Position numbers and translations under genes: made by a program. Shown in pieces: positions 8,166 through 11,874 of a stretch of DNA of 11,874 nt; positions within the stretch are counted from its first letter, which is position 1, and every line of letters begins with the position of its first letter. Under the pieces are notes generated by a model. That model saw nothing but the letters and a program-made list of their open reading frames with translations, ran no database searches and was not told where the DNA came from. Origin of the DNA: Candidatus Omnitrophota bacterium. GTDB taxonomy: Bacteria; Omnitrophota; Omnitrophia; Omnitrophales; Aquincolibacteriaceae. Location: contig JAZDJU010000082.1 in the NCBI GenBank assembly GCA_043803685.1, forward strand, positions 1 through 11,874, in the 5' to 3' direction.

Positions 8166-9312
8166 GAAAGCTACAACTTCTTCTAGATGAATAGGTTACA
8201 ATAAATCTATCCATTACTTTTCCGTCAGGATTTTCGCCTTGTGCCCATTTTGTGTCTATTTTATAGCTTTTAAGCCCAAAAACCCTATCCAGAACGCCTA
8301 TGGCTTTCGCCTGATGTTCGGGGCTCAGATGACTGTAGCGCATGGTCATTTGAATGGAAGCATGGCCCAGAAGTTTCGAAACGGTCACCAAGTCTACACC
8401 ACTCATTACGAGGTGTGAAGCGAAAGTGTGACGAAGATCGTGAAATATAAAGTCATCAAGCTCGGCTTTCGCCACGGCAGCATCAAACTCCTTCCTGAAG
8501 TAAGAAGAGAAGATCAGTTCTGAATCGGGTTGTTTCCTAAGCGACAGAAGAAGGCTTCTCACAGTCTCGTTCATCTGAAGAATTCGGCCCTTCCCTGATT
8601 TTGAATCCCGGATATGGATCTGCCCGCGATGGATATCGATATCCCGCCAAGTGAGCGCTACGATTTCTCCCCTTCTCATGCCCGTATTAAGACCAAACTT
8701 CACAAAAGCTAAAAGCTCACCTTCACAGGCCGCGACAAGCTTCTCTATTTCATCCTTGGAAAGGAATCTAAGCCGCTCGTTATTCTCCCGAAGCTTCCGC
8801 ATGCCATCACAAGGATTGGCGCGATGCAATCTTCCCCACTCCTTAGCGCGGTTAAACATAGAACGCAATAAAGCCATGCTCCGATTGATGGTAGCGGGTT
8901 TAATCTCATCAGCCAAACGCAGGGCCTTGAAACTTTCAATATCCTTCGAAGTGATCTCAAAAAGATACTTCTTTCCTAAGATCTTATTGAGGGTCGTTAA
9001 TCGCTGTTCATCGGTTCGGGATGATTTGAGATATATTTTTGTATGTCGCTCCAGATATTCCTTGCCGAAGTTCTCAAAGGTAATCTTTTCATCCTTCTGA
9101 ACATCGAAGAGCTTGCCCTCTCGCGCCTCAGCCCGCTTCTTCCCCAGAAAGTCTTCAGCTTCCTTCTTATTCGGGCCTATAGCCTTGCGGAAACGCCGCC
9201 GGACGCCTGTCTGATCGTAATAGTAAAAAGAGACGTAATAAACTTCTTCACGCACATAAATCCCTTTTGTCTTACGCTCTCGTTTATTTGGCTTGTCGGT
9301 GGTCTCTTCCAT
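8143..9312 (-). CDS. Tyrosine recombinase / phage-type integrase
   Basis: N-terminal arm-binding-like region, SAM-like core (KPATINR), catalytic set TGMRRGE, SKSG, FHDLRHTFAS, LLGH, TMRY. Confidence 0.95.
   Translation of the reverse strand: MEETTDKPNKRERKTKGIYVREEVYYVSFYYYDQTGVRRRFRKAIGPNKKEAEDFLGKKRAEAREGKLFDVQKDEKITFENFGKEYLERHTKIYLKSSRTDEQRLTTLNKILGKKYLFEITSKDIESFKALRLADEIKPATINRSMALLRSMFNRAKEWGRLHRANPCDGMRKLRENNERLRFLSKDEIEKLVAACEGELLAFVKFGLNTGMRRGEIVALTWRDIDIHRGQIHIRDSKSGKGRILQMNETVRSLLLSLRKQPDSELIFSSYFRKEFDAAVAKAELDDFIFHDLRHTFASHLVMSGVDLVTVSKLLGHASIQMTMRYSHLSPEHQAKAIGVLDRVFGLKSYKIDTKWAQGENPDGKVMDRFIVTYSSRRSCSFRAYSSIG
8240..8261. repeat. Tandem 11-bp direct repeat, candidate integrase arm-type sites
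   Basis: TGTGCCCATTT followed by TGTGTCTATTT (9/11 identical), 75 nt from the tRNA 5' end. Confidence 0.55.
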
Positions 9313-9313
9313 A

Positions 9314-9493
9314 TTATGGCTCCCCTTGCCTCACTACCCGCTGTACTTCCTTTTTGGGTATCGCATATATCTTCTCTCCAAACCTGACGGCTTTAAGAGT
9401 GCCTCTCTTGATACGTCCAATAATCGCTTGGCGAGAAACGCCTAACAGCTTTGCTAATTCCGGGACCGAGTAGAAGTCTTTCGCCTTAAGCAT
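9314..9493 (-). CDS. Excisionase-like / HTH_17 DNA-binding protein, 59 aa
   Basis: Not in the ORF track. Manual translation: MLKAKDFYSVPELAKLLGVSRQAIIGRIKRGTLKAVRFGEKIYAIPKKEVQRVVRQGEP. Its stop is 1 nt before the integrase ATG (TAA-T-ATG). Confidence 0.88.
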   Translation of the reverse strand: MLKAKDFYSVPELAKLLGVSRQAIIGRIKRGTLKAVRFGEKIYAIPKKEVQRVVRQGEP

Positions 9494-9499
9494 GCGCTA

Positions 9500-9528
9500 A
9501 TTGTACGCCAAGCATTGTCATAAGTAAA
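9500..9528 (-). promoter_or_regulatory. Candidate promoter for a leaderless HTH-integrase transcript
   Basis: TTTACT (9528-9523), 17-nt spacer, TACAAT (9505-9500); ATG follows 6 nt later with no Shine-Dalgarno. Confidence 0.55.
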
Positions 9529-9530
9529 TG

Positions 9531-9746
9531 TCAAATTTCCTTAGCAATTACCCGTTTAGCCTGAAGCCAAGCTTCAATCTCTGCCGCACTAAAACGAAGG
9601 AACTTGCCCAGCTTGATGTGCGGAATCTTTTTAACGGCGCACCAGTCGTAGAGGGTATTCTTCGACACGCCTAACATTGACGACAGCTCATCGATTTCTA
9701 TTAGCCGCTGATTGCGCCCAAACTTTCCTGCTGCCATTTCACTCAT
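9531..9746 (-). CDS. Excisionase-family HTH_17 protein, about 71 aa
   Basis: RLIEIDELSSMLGVSKNTLYDWCAVKKIPHIKLGKFLRFSAAEIEAWL. Start placed at ATG 9746 behind GGAGGT (the track start is 9797). Confidence 0.9.
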   Translation of the reverse strand: MSEMAAGKFGRNQRLIEIDELSSMLGVSKNTLYDWCAVKKIPHIKLGKFLRFSAAEIEAWLQAKRVIAKEI

Positions 9747-9950
9747 ACACTCAGCACCTCCCCTCATGGGAGGGCCAGTTACGACATGGGCGTTCATGGT
9801 TTGGGAAGGTTTTTATACTTGAAATAATCTTTGCCGGAAGGCAGCTGCCAGACGGGGTCTGGCGGGATCAAGAACCCGAGATAATGGGAGCCAGAGAAGA
9901 ATTCTTAAAATCCGCCCATTACTACGAACGGAAAATAAACATAAGACGTG

Positions 9951-10373
9951 TTACATATCTCTCAGTTTGCCGTTCCAATACTCAATATAAGTCTCATAGG
10001 CTTTTCTTTCCGTCAGGAATCTCACGTGATGATCGACGGTCAGCCGATAAGCCAAGATGCTTTTAATGCCCAATCTGCGAGCTTTTTCCATTCTGTGATT
10101 ACCGTCGATCAGATTGTATTTCCCGGGCGCGATCTCGGCTATTATCACGGGATCACCGATCCTGATCGATTCCAGCTTCGAATCGGCAAACGGCTCAAAG
10201 CGATTAAAATCATCGACGGCAATTTCCTCCGGAACGAACTCTCCGGGACGCTCACGGATATGTTCGATCATCTTCGTGATATTGAACTCAAAGATGCCGT
10301 TCGCGAACAACTCATCCCCTTCAGATTCCGGGCAAGGAACAAAATCGCGATCAAGCTTCAGTTTCTTTGCCAA
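9951..10373 (-). CDS. Small stand-alone ParB/Srx N-terminal-domain protein
   Basis: PVIIAEIAPGKYNLIDGNHRMEKARRLG is a ParB/Srx-type motif. No HTH follows. GAGGAG lies before a TTG start. Confidence 0.75.
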   Translation of the reverse strand: MAKKLKLDRDFVPCPESEGDELFANGIFEFNITKMIEHIRERPGEFVPEEIAVDDFNRFEPFADSKLESIRIGDPVIIAEIAPGKYNLIDGNHRMEKARRLGIKSILAYRLTVDHHVRFLTERKAYETYIEYWNGKLRDM

Positions 10374-10446
10374 TTGAATCTCCTCGGAATTGCCACCGAT
10401 CTCGCCTTACATACAAAATGTGACGGAAGGCACACTTTAAACCGTG

Positions 10447-10962
10447 TCATCGGGACCAACTGGCAGGAAGGGTCTTATTGATCGCCTGGCGGGCCCCTTG
10501 TGAGAGCTGTGGCTCTTCGCTCTCTTTCGCTGTTGCCTTCGCCCGTGATGAAGAGCGCCCTGGGTCGAGGCGCCGCATGAGCTCCGGAACCGTAAGAATC
10601 TTGCCCACAAGAGAGCGAATGTGAAATGCCAGAGTGCCCCAATCTTCCGTAGCAACCTCGATATCCCTGGGCTTTGGGAAAGCCCTGCAAAATTTGATAA
10701 TGGCGTTATCAGCACCCTGATCCCCCGCCGTAAAGAGAACCTTGACCTGCCGGTCCGAAAGCTCTGGAGCGGACCGGGCCACGGTTCCGTCAAAATAGAT
10801 ACGGACCTCAAGTCCCTTCCTGCCGACGCAGTGTCTTTTTGCGAGCCGGATCAGTTCTTCCCGGTATCCGCGCCGCACTTCGTCAGATCCCAGATCGTGC
10901 TTGGGATTTGCCGCAAGCCCTCGGGCGATCACATTGTACCCGTCGATCACAAGGACGTTCAT
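10447..10962 (-). CDS. NYN-domain (YacP/Rae1-like, PIN fold) ribonuclease
   Basis: LVIDGYNVI, IYFDG, VLFT..GADNAI and VATED supply four acidic residues in YacP-like spacing; AGGAGA ribosome-binding site. Confidence 0.82.
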   Translation of the reverse strand: MNVLVIDGYNVIARGLAANPKHDLGSDEVRRGYREELIRLAKRHCVGRKGLEVRIYFDGTVARSAPELSDRQVKVLFTAGDQGADNAIIKFCRAFPKPRDIEVATEDWGTLAFHIRSLVGKILTVPELMRRLDPGRSSSRAKATAKESEEPQLSQGARQAINKTLPASWSR

Positions 10963-11016
10963 TTTGGTATCTCCTGTCTGTCAATCCTATTCAATTATAT
11001 TCATATTACCGATAAG

Positions 11017-11733
11017 TCAAACCTGAACGCGCCAGATAGGAATCCCTAGATGCTGACGAAAGGTCTCACCCGTCAAGAGCCGGGTTTTGCGTTCAGGAAG
11101 ATCACCTCGCCCCGCCACATGCTGCCGGTGCTTCCCGAGCCAGAGCGATGTCCCTAAGTGGAGGGCATGCTTGCCGTAGAGCGCATTGACCCCGTCAAGC
11201 ACCTGGTCGATCCTTTTAAAGGATTCGATCTTCGGGACATCATCAAAGAGGTCGTATTGAACCGTCCGGTCCGCTTCCATCTTGGAAAGAACGATCCCGG
11301 TCAACCGATACGCAGTCCCAGGAGAGAATATCCGTTCAAACAAATCCCCCACGAGATTAACTGCATCAAGCGTCGATGACGTGCTCCTGTCAAACGCCCC
11401 TTCGATCCCCGAAGAATGGAACTCCTGATCCCGAAGAAATATACAGACCTTTTTCGCCCGCAACTTGTAACGCCGCATTTTGATGAATGCCGATTCCAGG
11501 TTTCTTACAAGTTGCGCCTTCACAAAATCCTTCTCGGAAGAAGGCGGCGTGAAGGTCTTCGTTTTGCTGATCGATGCATAATCTTCCTTTTCTTGCGTTA
11601 CGACTGGATAGACCGCCTCACCGCGAAGTTCATGCCAAAGCTCAACCCCGATCTTCCCAAGCAGTCCCTTCGCCCACACTTCCGACCGGCTCACATAGTT
11701 CCAGACATTTCGTATCCCCTGCTTTTCAAGAAG
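11017..11733 (-). pseudogene. C-terminal part of a Y-family DNA polymerase (DinB/UmuC-like), interrupted by an IS
   Basis: LLEKQGI...LGKIGVELWHELRGE, SISKTKTF, little-finger YRLTGIVL, clamp-like QYDLF, D.VNALYGK. The catalytic N-terminal motifs are absent and similarity stops at the IS end. Confidence 0.85.
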
Positions 11734-11874
11734 TGACCTAGCCCCCGAAAACTGAGCCAGTTGTTGTGATAGACTTCTGGCAACAGAAAGGGGCAAAAAG
11801 ATGGCGAGAAAAAGGCTTCAACCCGAGGAGATCATTCTTAAATTACGAGAGGTCGAGATCCAGCAAGGGAAAGG
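11734..11874 (+). mobile_element. Left end of an IS3-family insertion sequence (IS407-like)
   Basis: Begins 5'-TGACCTAGCCCCCGAAAA, a TG-terminated IS3-type end, followed by a ribosome-binding site and orfA. Confidence 0.82.
11801..11874 (+). CDS. IS3-family transposase OrfA, N-terminus (partial)
   Basis: MARKRLQPEEIILKLREVEIQQGK after GAAAGGGG resembles IS407-group OrfA starts. Confidence 0.8.
   Translation, partial: MARKRLQPEEIILKLREVEIQQGK

Larger units (their letters stand above)
8166..11874. mobile_element. End of an integrative element / genomic island at tRNA-Ile2 (other end outside window)
   Basis: Integrase and excisionase-like genes abut a tRNA and are followed by accessory cargo. 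The second att copy is not visible, so the boundary is approximate. Confidence 0.75.

Noticed and set aside
9951..10373. Calling this gene parB of a partition system
   Set aside because: It is only 140 aa, has no HTH or dimerisation domain, and no parA is nearby.
10994..11020. TTGACT...TATAAT upstream of the NYN gene (minus strand)
   Set aside because: The boxes are good but the spacer is only 15 nt. A promoter is plausible but not supported well enough to list.
9677..11736. Plus-strand ORFs and the minus-strand ORFs 10437-10811 and 10475-10690
   Set aside because: They overlap the HTH, ParB-like, NYN and polymerase frames, which have motifs and mostly clear ribosome-binding sites.

Overview
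Bacterial chromosomal window, almost entirely on the minus strand, in two parts. Housekeeping part (1-8165): a pyrimidine operon pyrR-pyrB-pyrC-[sulfatase-like gene]-pyrK-pyrD-pyrF (pyrF runs off the left edge) with a promoter, a variant PyrR-binding hairpin and an attenuator. Upstream lie an unusually long RNase P RNA (about 492 nt, no P13/P14, three-branched P12, palindromic P1), a small TPR lipoprotein and tRNA-Ile2(CAU). Accessory part (about 8166-11874): one end of an integrative element that abuts the 5' end of the tRNA. It carries a tyrosine integrase whose last codons and stop lie inside the tRNA gene, two tandem excisionase-like HTH genes (one missing from the ORF track), a stand-alone ParB/Srx-domain gene, a YacP-like NYN RNase, and the C-terminal part of a Y-family polymerase interrupted by an IS3-family element. 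The most interesting observations are the integrase-tRNA overlap, the RNase P architecture, the NYN plus ParB-like pair, and the sulfatase-like gene in the slot where carAB usually sits. All calls come from reading motifs by eye; no database search was run.
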